DNA of 62,678 nt, filler included, from Phoronis australis (Eukaryota > Animalia > Phoronida): NCBI GenBank assembly GCA_002633005.1. It is 6 parts of 6 records of this genome, joined end to end, with 100 filler letters (N's around TTAATTAATTAA, not from the genome) between each part and the next. Parts side by side here need not be neighbours in the genome. Positions count along the whole stretch, not along the records: positions 25,482 to 30,826 come from NMRA01002359.1; positions 30,927 to 41,220 come from NMRA01000153.1; 4 more parts are not named here. One strand, written 5' to 3'. How positions within the stretch are numbered: the first letter of the stretch is position 1; every line of letters starts with the position of its first letter. Below, one piece after another: positions 25,597-37,030 of the stretch. Made by a program: the position numbers and the translations under genes. The notes beneath the pieces are model-generated. The model worked only from the letters and a program-made list of their open reading frames with translations, ran no database searches and had not been told where the DNA came from.

Positions 25597-26212
25597 CTAC
25601 AATAGGCCAGACATGTGGTTTAAATGCATTTCGATTCAATTTTCGATATCTGAGCCTTTACCTAGCTACGCTCGGATTATACAACGCCATCCCAATGCTG
25701 CAACCAACGTGTTATGATTCCAAGTCCAAAGTCTTCAAAAGTGTTACATCATCGTCAGCTTAGGGTTGCAAATATTAAGGGCTTTTGTTCAGGTATCCGG
25801 AATAAAGAAACGTAAAAGGGAAAACGGTTATGCACATCTAATTGACAGTGCTATTTTAACTTATGAAACAGGTGAAGCAACTTTCAGCGTCCATTTCTCT
25901 AAAAATCAAGCACTACAGACGTGTCGTTGACGAGAGACGCGGGAGTTTCTCACCACCTCTTAAAATAACTGTCAAAGTCTCCTAGTGTTTTCACTATATT
26001 GTTCTAAATTGCACGTTATGTAGCAGTTGTACCATTGTGCTACTTTACAAATTGACAGTAGTCAGAAATAGGCTTAGGTTCTTCTTTATGCTAAGCGTCC
26101 CCATAATCGTATTATAGAAGATACCATTGATGCCACATACAGTACATGTAGCACATCTTTCTAGTTCTAAAATGTTACACATTATCGCAAGTCAAAATCA
26201 TACTTCACCTAC

Positions 26213-26746
26213 CTGTAACTCTTGGTGCACGTTTATCCACACACAGCTTCCCCCTTACAAAGTCGCTAGAAAACCCTCCAGAGTTAACAGCCAGGACTTC
26301 TGCCGTCAAGCAATCACCGTTGTTCACAGTCAAATTGGCGAACCTAGCATTTGTTTGCTGGCCTGCATCTCGCCAGTCAACAAACAATTCATTGTTCTTA
26401 AGGAGTCGAATTTCATAAGACAGATTATTGTCAAAGTCACGAAATCCAGACCAGAAGACATACACCAGGGAAGGATCAGTTAATGCCACTTCGTGTCTTT
26501 CATAGACGCCGGTACGAGGTAGCAGGAAGTTGACTGCTGCTGTCGAAGTTGCTGGAGAGTTACTGACGACAGTCCGAGGCCCAATCACAGACGTAGTGGA
26601 TAATTCAGCATTGTTGGAGCACATAATTGTCGCGTATACACTCTGGCCGTGTGCGAGTGATGGTGTAGCTGCCGCAGTAAAACACTTTGGTGACGTTGAA
26701 ACAACTGGTATACGAGACTTGATGTTACCTGTATTCGACGTATATC
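26213..26746 (-). CDS. Ig/FN3-like repeat protein, exon B
   Basis: tttttcAG acceptor and CAG|GTAGGT donor, 534 nt, phase 1-1; LAHGQSVYATIMCSNNAEL, VFWSGFRD...LSYEI, VLAVNSGG...VDKRAP beta-sandwich repeats. Confidence 0.85.
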
Positions 26747-26955
26747 CTGAAAAATCATTGTTTATAGACTGTTTATGATTAACATGTGAAACAATCAAAA
26801 CTGCGTTTCAAAAGATTGATTGAGGATGTTATGCCGTATGGCAAGGAAAGCCATTCTTTTTGTAAGCGGAAATGAAAGCTTAATTCATGCATCATTCGAC
26901 CACAGGTCTATTTGCATTACATGGGGTGCTTAGATGTAATGCGCTTGTATTCAAT

Positions 26956-29111
26956 GGGGCTATTCGGAAAATCTATAATAACTAGAGGGCGTGCGTGTAC
27001 TAGTGGTGATAGATTAACAGCCTCGATTTCGCAAGCTCTTTAAATACATGGTGAGATGGCTTGTAGGTGTGCAAACTGAATCTGAGATTGCGTAAAAAGG
27101 GTGCTTCTATGAGAGAAAGTAAGCACGACCTTATACAAAGGTAAGGTTTGTGATTATTTTAACGATTATTCCATGTTTATTCTACTGATGCCTGTTAACT
27201 GAGATACTCGCCGATGTCGGCTTCGCGACAGTCGCCAGTCGAGTTAATCTTTGCTGTGATGCGTGTTACGATACATGACGTAGCACTCGAGATCTTTTCT
27301 AACATCAAAGCCGTATTATTGTTTGGAATGATTTCAAACAGGTTTATCAGTGACAGTTACGTCAATGAATGCTGAATGTTTAACTCGATATGGGTTAGTG
27401 AGATTACAATCCAAGCCCAATGCCATGGCAAAAGGTACGTAAATATCCATTAGACTATTTGTTTACTACTTGTCTTCCGGAAGTTTACTACACGTTGAAA
27501 TGAAATTCTATCATGTCTGTTTTCACGTGACCTTTGGTTTTTAGGTTTGAAGGCTTGTACCGTGCAGAGGAGAGATATGCATCGCTTCTGCATCGACCCT
27601 GAATGGTCAAAAATTGTTTTTAAGCGGTTGACTGCAGCTAACCAGCAAGATCTTCCCATCCAGTGTACATGTAGATCTGTTGTTAAAGCCTACTTTCTTC
27701 ATCGGAGACAACGAACAAGCTTTGTTACTCCTTTCTCTTCCCACAGCATTTCCACACACCATTAGTGCTGCATGGCGCAATGTACATGTCAGTGGCCCTG
27801 GTGAAATGTGAATCTCAGTACGAAGTTATCATAAGACAACGTGTTGTTTGTGTATGAAGAGGAACTATATCTACTGCTACACAAGTCAGCCTCGTCGGTG
27901 AGGATACCTTTCAAAGGCATTAAGTCACGTGTGGACAATAGCTTATTTCCTTTCCTGGAAGAAACATGCTGTATTGAAGCTAAAGAAGACGTAGCGGCAC
28001 TCTGATCTAGTTCAGGGTCAGATTTTGGGCACAAAACGAGTCAAGTTATATGCTGTTGTGTTTACCTTCAAGGATCTAATTGAGGCTGAATGAGGTTACC
28101 TGGAGGAAAGCCACGTGTCGAAACTGGACCTTTTTTACAAGCGCTTAGATACGCTATTGAAACTAGATCTCTGTGAAATGAAAATCAAAAGCATCTGGTA
28201 TAAATACCTGTCCTTTCTCACTGAGTGACATTAACATTTCCTTGCAGAAGAAAGGCTTTATACTAATGGTAAAATCTTTTCAATTTGGTACAGATTGTGG
28301 GGAAATGACATTCAGTGACTACATCGATTGTCTTATTGTCAGTAGAAAGCCCGTTAATGTTACACTTTGATGATCGAATAAATTTTTCATCAACGGGCAA
28401 GTTTGTCACTAATTATTGAAACCACAATATTTCCTCAGTTTTAAAGCCCCATACAGTACAGTTGTGCTTATTCTTTATAAAGCTAAAATAATTAGCGATT
28501 ACGCTTGCGAATTGTCGTTTTCCTGTTGACCTCTAGAAATGTGCAGCGATCAAAATAAAGTAATCCCTTTGTTTGCATTTGATTTGTTTGTGTGTGTAAT
28601 TATTTTTAGAGCTTTCTTAAGAAGGCCTTTGAACAATTTTAAGTTTTGTGATAACTTGTCCACAACAAAAGTTCCACATGCAAGAAAAGTATATAAAGAA
28701 ACANAAACACTTAGTTCCATTCAATAAACCCGTTATTCAGTTGGGTAACTGGTGGAGATAACATCACCGAACGATGTCGATAGAAACTTGATTGCTAAAA
28801 ACTTACCAAGTAACCGTCCTTATGTAGTCTCGTAAAGGGGCTTCGGCATCCACACACTTTTTCTCAGTTGGTTGACCCTTTTGACCGCAATGCTCCACAA
28901 ATGTAGTAACATTAGGTCTTTTGGTAATTTGTGACCACCTGTCGAAGACTTGCACCAGGGAAAATAGCAATAATAAGGCTTTGCGCGACGACGTATTTTG
29001 ATAACAATCCGTCTTTTTACCACCTGTTTACATGCAGACAGCGACGCATGCGCAATTCAATCACCACTAGTACAGCAGCGACACCGCGAGGAGAATTCTC
29101 CGAATAGCCCC
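26956..29111 (-). mobile_element. Non-autonomous ISL2EU/Harbinger-group-like DNA transposon in an intron
   Basis: TIRs GGGGCTATTCGGA ... TCCGAATAGCCCC, flanked by AT on both sides; subterminal inverted TGTACTAGTGGTG; carries a THAP remnant. Superfamily assignment is inferred. Confidence 0.75.
28820..29023 (-). pseudogene. Truncated THAP zinc-finger coding remnant
   Basis: YCYFPWCKSSTGGHKLPKDLMLLHLWSIAVKR...WMP matches the THAP C..P.C...PKD...W..A..R..W.P pattern; stops before the C..HF ligands. Confidence 0.75.
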
Positions 29112-30148
29112 ATTGTGAAGGTCACTTAAGTCTCCTGGAACAAAACTCTACATACAAATGAAACTGAAACGGGAATGCAGCGCCATTTTGGTGTTATAAC
29201 AAGTAGCCTTCCTAACAGGAAACTCGAACGAGCTGCGTTATGCTTATCTTTGTTTTAAATACTGGATTGCAGTACGTGGTGAAGGATCTGTTGTGAATTC
29301 TGACAGGAATAAATTTTGCAAGTGGAGGGTAACCACGATTTTCAAAGGGAAAAAATGTACACGTAAGCCCTGAAACCGATAAGGCAGCAGCGTCTTGTTT
29401 GTGGTGTTTAGGCTTCTCCTAGATCCGCCTGTGGTTACGAACGACTTGATATAGGTAACCTATTTCACTTGTATATGTATCTACTTTAAGTGACTGAAGC
29501 TTAACTTTTAGGTACGTTTTGAAGTTATAAGCTTATATGTAAGAATTTTACTGCAACTTAATTAAATTTCGGTAAAATACTTATCATTCGAACCCAAAGT
29601 CTGTTCGATGCGTTTCCAATTCGATAAAATAGTATAAAAAGTTTAATGAAAGTTGGGCAAATACCTACACGCATATATCATTGAATTTCTAACGGTCCAG
29701 TAGTGCCTAAGTGACCTATTGTTTGGAACACGATCAAAGGCTTTTGCCCGTGAAATCGAAATTCTTGCCATGACAAACATTGATGGTGAAACTTTCCAGT
29801 TCTATTCATCCTGTAGACACCCCCACCTTTGAGCAGCTTCCAGGTTTTCAAAGCTGCTATAAAGCTGCCTTAATCTCAACATTTAACTTTTGATTGAGAC
29901 CACTTATACCTGCCAATCACTTAGAAAACACGTGGTTTCTGGGGATTGGGAAATGGTCAGATACCACTTTTCATATAAGTAAATAACATATCGTTACAGA
30001 CTATATCGATAAGTAGTCTAATCAAAAGTCGTGTTTTTGATGGAATGCTTTTTTGTACCACCTTTAACACATTAGACTATTTTAGTGCCTCACGTACCTA
30101 ATTTAACGAAAACATCTTGAACACTTTTAATGTCAAACTACTACAAAC

Positions 30149-30826
30149 CCAGCTCGACGGTGCATTCTTTGATGTTACTCTCGCTGTCCTGTGCTCTCCA
30201 TGATGTTAGTATGGAAACGGTGTTATTCACACGTGATGGAACAACCTCGATGCTAACGTTTGATATTACAGGTGGGGAGTGGTCAAGTACAGTTTTCTCT
30301 GATTGAAAATACGACCTGACACCAGCATTATTTTCTGAAATGACTGTTGCGTACAAAGGTGAACCGTGGGGTAGGAAAACATCGTAAGTCACGTGCTGTT
30401 GTCTGCCGATGTTGTGAAGAGCGACAACCTGAAAACCACCAGAGGTCGTGCCAACGCCAACAAGATGGCTGTGGATTCCACTTTCACGATCTTTAATTTC
30501 TAAAGTGAGCTCAACAGTAAGGGGACTTAACTGGCGAAGGGACACACTGCTACTATCTTTACTCTCTTTTGTACATTTCCGTAACGATATAGAAATTGAC
30601 GTTGTATCTCCTTCTATTGACAAAACCAATTCGTACACGCAGTGTTTTCGACACAAAACCTGAAGCTTGCTACGGACCTTCCGGTAAAGTAAAGTTCTTT
30701 TCGCGAATCTAAGAATAACATGAAGGCTTGAACGTTGGTTTTGTTGGATTTGAAAATGAGCTCATACGTTTCATGAGCGTCAAGGATCAGCCTATATTTA
30801 GAGGTCTTCATTTTGTCCGCATTATT
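30149..30826 (-). CDS. Ig/FN3-like repeat protein, exon A (5' limit uncertain; apparent frameshift between ~30615 and ~30760)
   Basis: DRESGIHSHLVGVGTTSGGFQVV...HGSPLYATVISENNAG...DHSPP...SWRAQDSESNI; donor CTGG|GTTTGT phase 1 joins exon B as VELG-YTS. Upstream overlapping ORF 30614-30811 is open to the gap in another frame. Confidence 0.8.
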
Positions 30827-30926
30827 NNNNNNNNNNNNNNNNNNNNNNNNNNNNNNNNNNNNNNNNNNNNTTAATTAATTAANNNNNNNNNNNNNNNNNN
30901 NNNNNNNNNNNNNNNNNNNNNNNNNN
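30827..30926. other. Artificial assembly linker
   Basis: 44 N + TTAATTAATTAA + 44 N. Confidence 0.97.
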
Positions 30927-33900
30927 TGAAATCAGGTGTGAAACAGTGTACATCAATAAAGTCAGATGCCTGAATGACTGGCGACTAAATTTTTCATTTC
31001 GCTTTTCCAAATCAAAGAAGTGTCGGTCATATTTTGATGACTCACAGGAGTACAAACGTTTAGTAAAAACCAGAAGATTCTATTATCTTTACAAGTGAAC
31101 GGAACCTTGATATCATCTCATGGTGCACACCCTCAAAAAAGAGGTAATTTTCGGGATTTCTTACCTTTTCGACTCTGGTGTCATTTTAAGGTGGTGTTTC
31201 AATGCTATCTTTGGTTCGTTGACAGTCAGGGCCAGGCCAGGGTCCTGCTAGTTAAGATACTGTATGACCCTAGAAAAACGTCCAGAAATAGCAGTTCAGA
31301 TTTAGGTAAATCTTTCAAATGCTGTGATTTAAACTCCGTTCACGAAACAAAAATGAAATGATCACATTTTATGACATCAACGGTGTCTCTGAGATCCCAT
31401 CTCGAAACTTTTCACCAAATAACTTCGATTAAGTTACTGAAACGGTTGTTCAACTAGCAATTTGATATGGCCTTTTTAAAAACGTTTTCGTTTAGCGTAT
31501 TACGGGTATGGATTTGACGACCTTTAACATATTGAGCTATACACTATTTATAGTAATTGCAATATGAAACGCAAGAAATGATAGTTTACCTTCATAAGTT
31601 GCACCTTAAATCTTTTGGAATTCGTTTTGGTTATCCGAGGGTCATGGGGGTATTGTTGGGTGTGCCGTGTAAATAGACCAAACATGCATTGATAAAATTT
31701 ACAAATAATAGAAAAATCGACTGTTTTCAATTAACCACACGCACATCTATTAAAAAGACATTGTCCTTGTCAAACTGTTTTAGAACTAATAAGCTTTTTC
31801 TCGAAATTGTGAACCTTCGGCCTAATAGCACCCTTTTAAAAATGTTTTCATTTGATGTATTATGGGTAGGGATTTGAGAACGTTCAAGGTATTGAGCTGT
31901 ACACACTGCAGTATGAAACCCAAGTAACGATACTTTAGTTTTATAATTTTCGTCTTAAATCTTTCTTCTTTCGTTTTGGTTAAACGAAGGTTATCTTTGG
32001 GTATGGGTATGGCGTGTAAATAGGAAAAAGAGTGTATTGAAAAAATTTACAAACAATCGACCTATCAATTGCTTTCAATTTGCCGTACGCAGATCAATTG
32101 AAAAATCTCGCCGTACACAGTCTCTCAGATCGTTGAATTATTTTCGCACTAATAAGTTTTTTTGTCGAATTTGCGAACATTCAGTCTAATAGGGCTTTTT
32201 TCAATGAATTTTCATTTGTTGTATTATGGCCACTGATTTGAAAACCTTCAAGGTATTGAGCTGTACACTGCAGTATGAAACCCAAGCAACGATACTTTAC
32301 CTTCATAATTTTCGTCTTAAATCTTTCTTCTTTCGTTTTGGTTTAACGAAGGTCGCAGGTTATCTTTGGGGTATGGGTATGGGTATGGCGTGTAAATAGA
32401 CGAAAACATACCTTTGCCTCTGGTGTGATTCTTGTCAGTGGTCCTACAGAAATTTCGGTATACTGCCACTGTTCCCAATGTCAGATCTCGCATGTTGGTG
32501 GTGTACTAGTCAGCTAATGTCAAATAGTTTGACGAAAGGCCAAGGCAAGTATCTAAAAGGCATAGAACAATGTTATCAAATAGATGTTGAAATGCCGTGC
32601 AGTTACCGACGGATAAGAATATAAAATAGTAAAACTAAAACGACGAGCGTCGGTACTAAAATATTTCAAAATATCCCCACGTTTCGAGCAATGAGCTCTT
32701 TGTCAAGGGTGTGCTACAGACTGTACAGTAATGTTAAAAGGAAGTCAACCCCCTAGAAAAAATGAAATGATATGATCTGAATTGGAAATTTCAAGTAAAA
32801 AAGTGTGGGCCAAAATTATGAAATCGCGGTATTCATCACTCCAAAGGCTTGCAAGTAAACAAATCCATCAATTCAAATATCCTCGCAAGTCGGAGACCAT
32901 TAGTTCGAAAGCTAAAAATTCGAAATTTCATGTTACGAGGTTCTGAACAGTGATTTCGAACAAAATGTTTGGAGATTTGTAAGCACGTGCCTCCCTGGAA
33001 TCAATTCTTCCAAGAGCCAGTGCCTTGGTAAAGCATCCAAACAAAGTTTGACAAAGCGCACTGAACTGTCGCTTTTATTAACATTTTCAACTTTTGGAAT
33101 ACAGCCACTAAAATTTTGTTGCTCCTCTGTCGTTCACTGGGTTCTGGTCTCTTTAACTGTCGAACTGTTTTCGAACTAATAAGTTTTTTGTCGAGTTTGT
33201 GAACCTGCGGCCCGATAGGGCTTTTTGTAAACATTTTCGTATAATGAACACAGATTTGAAAACCTTAAAGGTATTGAGTTTCACCCTATTTAATGCAGTA
33301 TGAAACCCAAGCAACAATAGTTTACCTTCATAATTTTCGTCTGAAGAGCTGCTTCGTCTGTTTTGGTTATTCGAGGATCGCAGCGTATTGCGGTATGGGT
33401 ACTGCGACTGCGTGTAAACACACAAAACGAGTATTGAAAAAATCTAAAAACAATCGCCAAATCAACTGTTTTCAATTTCTCACACGCAGATCAATTGAAA
33501 ATCCCTGTCCTTATTCCCCCAGAAATTGATACCGGGAACCATAGCCTAGCTCCATCCCGTTGTGGCATCTGTAGAGGAATTCGAATAATGACATTCACCA
33601 TATGTTTTGTGACTTCGATCATCAGTTGGATTAATTGGTGATGTTTTTAGGTTTATTAGGACTGGTATTAGTATTTAATTGGAATTGTTGGCGGGATTAG
33701 AATGTGTGTTTGCATCAACGTTAATGCACAAGCAAGAAAAGCAACAAACGTCTAGTCAAAGCGAATGATACTACAATTGATAGATGGACAGATCTACAGT
33801 CTATGTATTGGAACAAATGAGCGTCATCACGGCCAAAGCATTGATATATGAGGAGAACCCAGAGTAAGTACTACTAAAATACAGCTAACACTAGAAATGT

Positions 33901-34303
33901 ATTTCACCGACCTGGGCAGCACAGTGTTGTAACAGGTGGAGAACTGTAAGTGCACGTGACAACCAGTCAAAAACGAACGTAACGCACCTCAGTGGTACCT
34001 TGTGTATCGGGTAAGACAGCATCTCATGATGTACGCCCTCAAGGAAGTGGAAATTTCCTGGATTTTTTACTTTTCCTATTCTGGTGTCATTACATGGTGA
34101 CGGTTCAGTGACATTTTTGTTCGCTGCCAGTGGTGGCAAGGACAGCGTCCTGCTACTTCGGATGCTGCGTGGCCCTAGAAAGTGTCCAAATTTCTCTAAT
34201 TTTAAAGGTTGATATCTTAGAAATAGCAGTTCAGATTTTTGTAAAATCTCCCATGTTAATGGTATACTGGTCAGCCAGTAGTTTGACGAAAGAACAAGTT
34301 CCT

Positions 34304-37030
34304 AAACAAGAGCAACGCGGAGCGTTGAAATGCGCCCACGAATGCATCGCAAATGGTGTGCTAGATGGCGCAAATCGTACAATCCATCCAAAAACGGGGA
34401 CATGTCATATTTCATAAAAATCTGTCAAGGAACTTCGGAGAAAAAAAGAAAAACAGAATAACATGAAATTGCCACTTGTGGGCACAGCGTTCGTTGGATC
34501 CGCCTGAAAGTCGTCGTCTGTTGTTATCTTCATATAAGTACACTTACTAAATTTAATAAAGATCGTGAAGTGGGTTTAGGAGATATAGCTATGGGCGCAA
34601 AACGAAACATAACTACCACTAGGAGGCGCCACACTAGTCAGTTGCCATCATCAAACGTCCTCTTCGCACTGAAAACATATACGCCAATTTTCAAAACTAT
34701 CCCTAGAATGATTTCGTTGATAGACGGGTGGACGCCAAAAACAAGATTTGAAAACAGCAAAAATGGCCCCTAGGTCGCGCAAAATACCTCAATTCCATCC
34801 AAAAACATAGATGCCTATATTCACAACTTTATGAAAATCTGTTGAGGATCTTTGAAGGTACAGACTGGTAAACGTAAAAAACTACAAGAGCAACGCAGAG
34901 CGTTGAAATGCGCCCACAATTGCACCGCATACGGTATCCTTCTAGGGTTGTTTATTGGTACCATAAAGTGGCCAGTAGAGGGCATACTTTGCAAAATGGA
35001 AAGGCATGGTCATTGTCTCCTCAATAGGCTAGGGGCAAAATGTGAGTAATCTTCATAATACAAGCACATCCTATACACCAGTTGCTTAAAGCACCACAGA
35101 AACATAGAATTAAAAACAAATTTACCAACATACGAGATTAGCACAGCATTAGAATGCCAGAAACAAATTTCTACTTGGAACTTTTCCTTCACAGTCACGA
35201 AGTAACACAAAGTATACACCTGAAGACCTATGAAAATACAGAGGTCAATGTAAAATACTAAAATTGCCACTAGAGGCAAATACTAAAATTGCCACTAGAG
35301 GCATACCGGTAATCAGAATCATCCTAAAGTCGTCATCGTCCGTTGTCAACATCACATAAATACACTTGCTAAATTTAGTAAAGATCCTGCAAACGGTTTG
35401 GGAGATACAGCCATGGGCGCAAAAAAACAAAACTGCCACTAGGAGGCGCCACAGTAGTCCAAATCGTCTGAAAATCATTGTCAGCTGTCTTCCTTATAGT
35501 AAGCACATACACGCCAATTTTCACAATCATCCTTTGAGCGGTTTGGTTGATAGAGGGGTGGACGCAAAAATACAGACTCGAAAACAGTAAAAATGGCCAC
35601 TAGGTGGCGCAAACTACGTCGAATCCATCTGAAAACAGTAGGATAGCGTCATCTCACTAATAGGTGCCTACATACCAAATTTCATGAAAATCCGTTCAAT
35701 ACTTTTGAAGATACAAAGGTAAGCGTAAAAAACTAAAATTGCCACTAGGGGGCACACCGGTAGTCGGATCCGTCCGAAAGTTCGCACATGCCGTCCCATT
35801 CATGAATGGAACATATGTCCCAAATTTCATGAACGTATGTCAAAGGGTTTTGGAGATAGAGCAGCGGACGCCAGACGCCGGACGCCGGACGGACGCCGCC
35901 CGGACGGACGGACGGACAGAGATGACGGCATAATGCGTCCACATATAAATATGTGGGCGCATAAAAATTGCCACCAGTAGTCAGATCCGTCCGAAAGTCG
36001 TCGTAGTCCGTTGTCAACATTATATAAATACACTCGCTAAATTAAGTAAAGATCCTGCAAACGGTTTAGGAGATACAGTCATGAGCACAAAAAAAACAAA
36101 AGTGCCACCAGGAGCGCCACAGTAGTCAAAGTCATCGGAAAATCATCGTCAGCCGTCCACTTTATAGTAAAAACATAGATGCCAATTTTCACAATTATCC
36201 TGAAAGCGGTTTCGTTGATAGATGACTGGACGCCAAAAACAGACTCGAAAACAGTAAAAATGACCACTAGATGGCGCAAACTACAATGTAGGTCGAATCC
36301 ATGTGAAAACGGAGAGATAGCGTCACTTAATTAACGGATGCGTGTATCAGTGCCAAATTTTATGAAAATACGTTGAGGACGTATGAACACACAGAGGTAA
36401 ACGTAAAAAAATAAAATTGCCAGTAGGTGGCACACCAGTAGTCAGATCTGTCCGAAAGTCGTTGTCTTCCGTCGTCAACATCACATAAATACACTTACTA
36501 AATTTATTAAAGATCCTGCGAACGGTTTAGGACATGCAGCCATAGGCGCAAAAAAACTGCCACTAGGAGGCGTCATAGTAGTCGAAGTCGTCGGAAAATC
36601 ATCGTCATACATGCCAATCTTCACAATCATCCTTTGAGCGGTTTGGTTGATAGAGGGGTGGACGCAAAAACCAAACTCGAAGACACCAAAGCATGGCCAC
36701 TAGGTGGCGCAAACTACGTCGAATCCATCTGAAAACGGAAGGTTAGTCTTATCTCACTGATAGGTGCCTATGTACCAATTTTTATGAAAATCCGTTCAGG
36801 ACTTCTGAAGTTACAGAGGTAAACGTAAAAAACTAAAATTGCCACTAGTGGTCACACTAATAGTCGGATCCGCCTGAAAGTTCGCTCATGCCGTCCCATC
36901 CACGAAAGAAAGACGTGTGCAAAACTTCCTGAACATACGTCCAGGCGTTTTGGAGCGGACACCGGACTCCGAACGGATGGACGGAGATGACGGCATAATG
37001 AGTCAACATATAAATACGTTTGCGCATAAA
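34304..37030 (+). mobile_element. Helentron-associated interspersed element (HINE/DINE-1/pearl-like), outer copy
   Basis: 5' ACAAGAGCAACGC.GAGCGTTGAAATGCGCCCAC, internal ~430-450-bp tandem cores (AAATTGCCACTAG), CGGA microsatellite, 3' end TGCGCATAAAA. Confidence 0.7.
34884..35966 (+). mobile_element. Same HINE-like family, inner nested copy
   Basis: Second 5' end at 34884; (GGAC)n at ~35885-35920; 3' hairpin GCGTCCACATAT-AA-ATATGTGGGCGC followed by ATAAAAA. Confidence 0.7.

Noticed and set aside
23004-30826. cGLR plus Ig-repeat protein as a CBASS-like or immune operon
   Set aside because: Eukaryotic spliced genes on opposite strands separated by an artificial linker.
35739-35933. Duplicated ORF MPLGGTPVVGSV... 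(also 42465-42716)
   Set aside because: Chance frame within the 3' part of HINE-like repeat copies.
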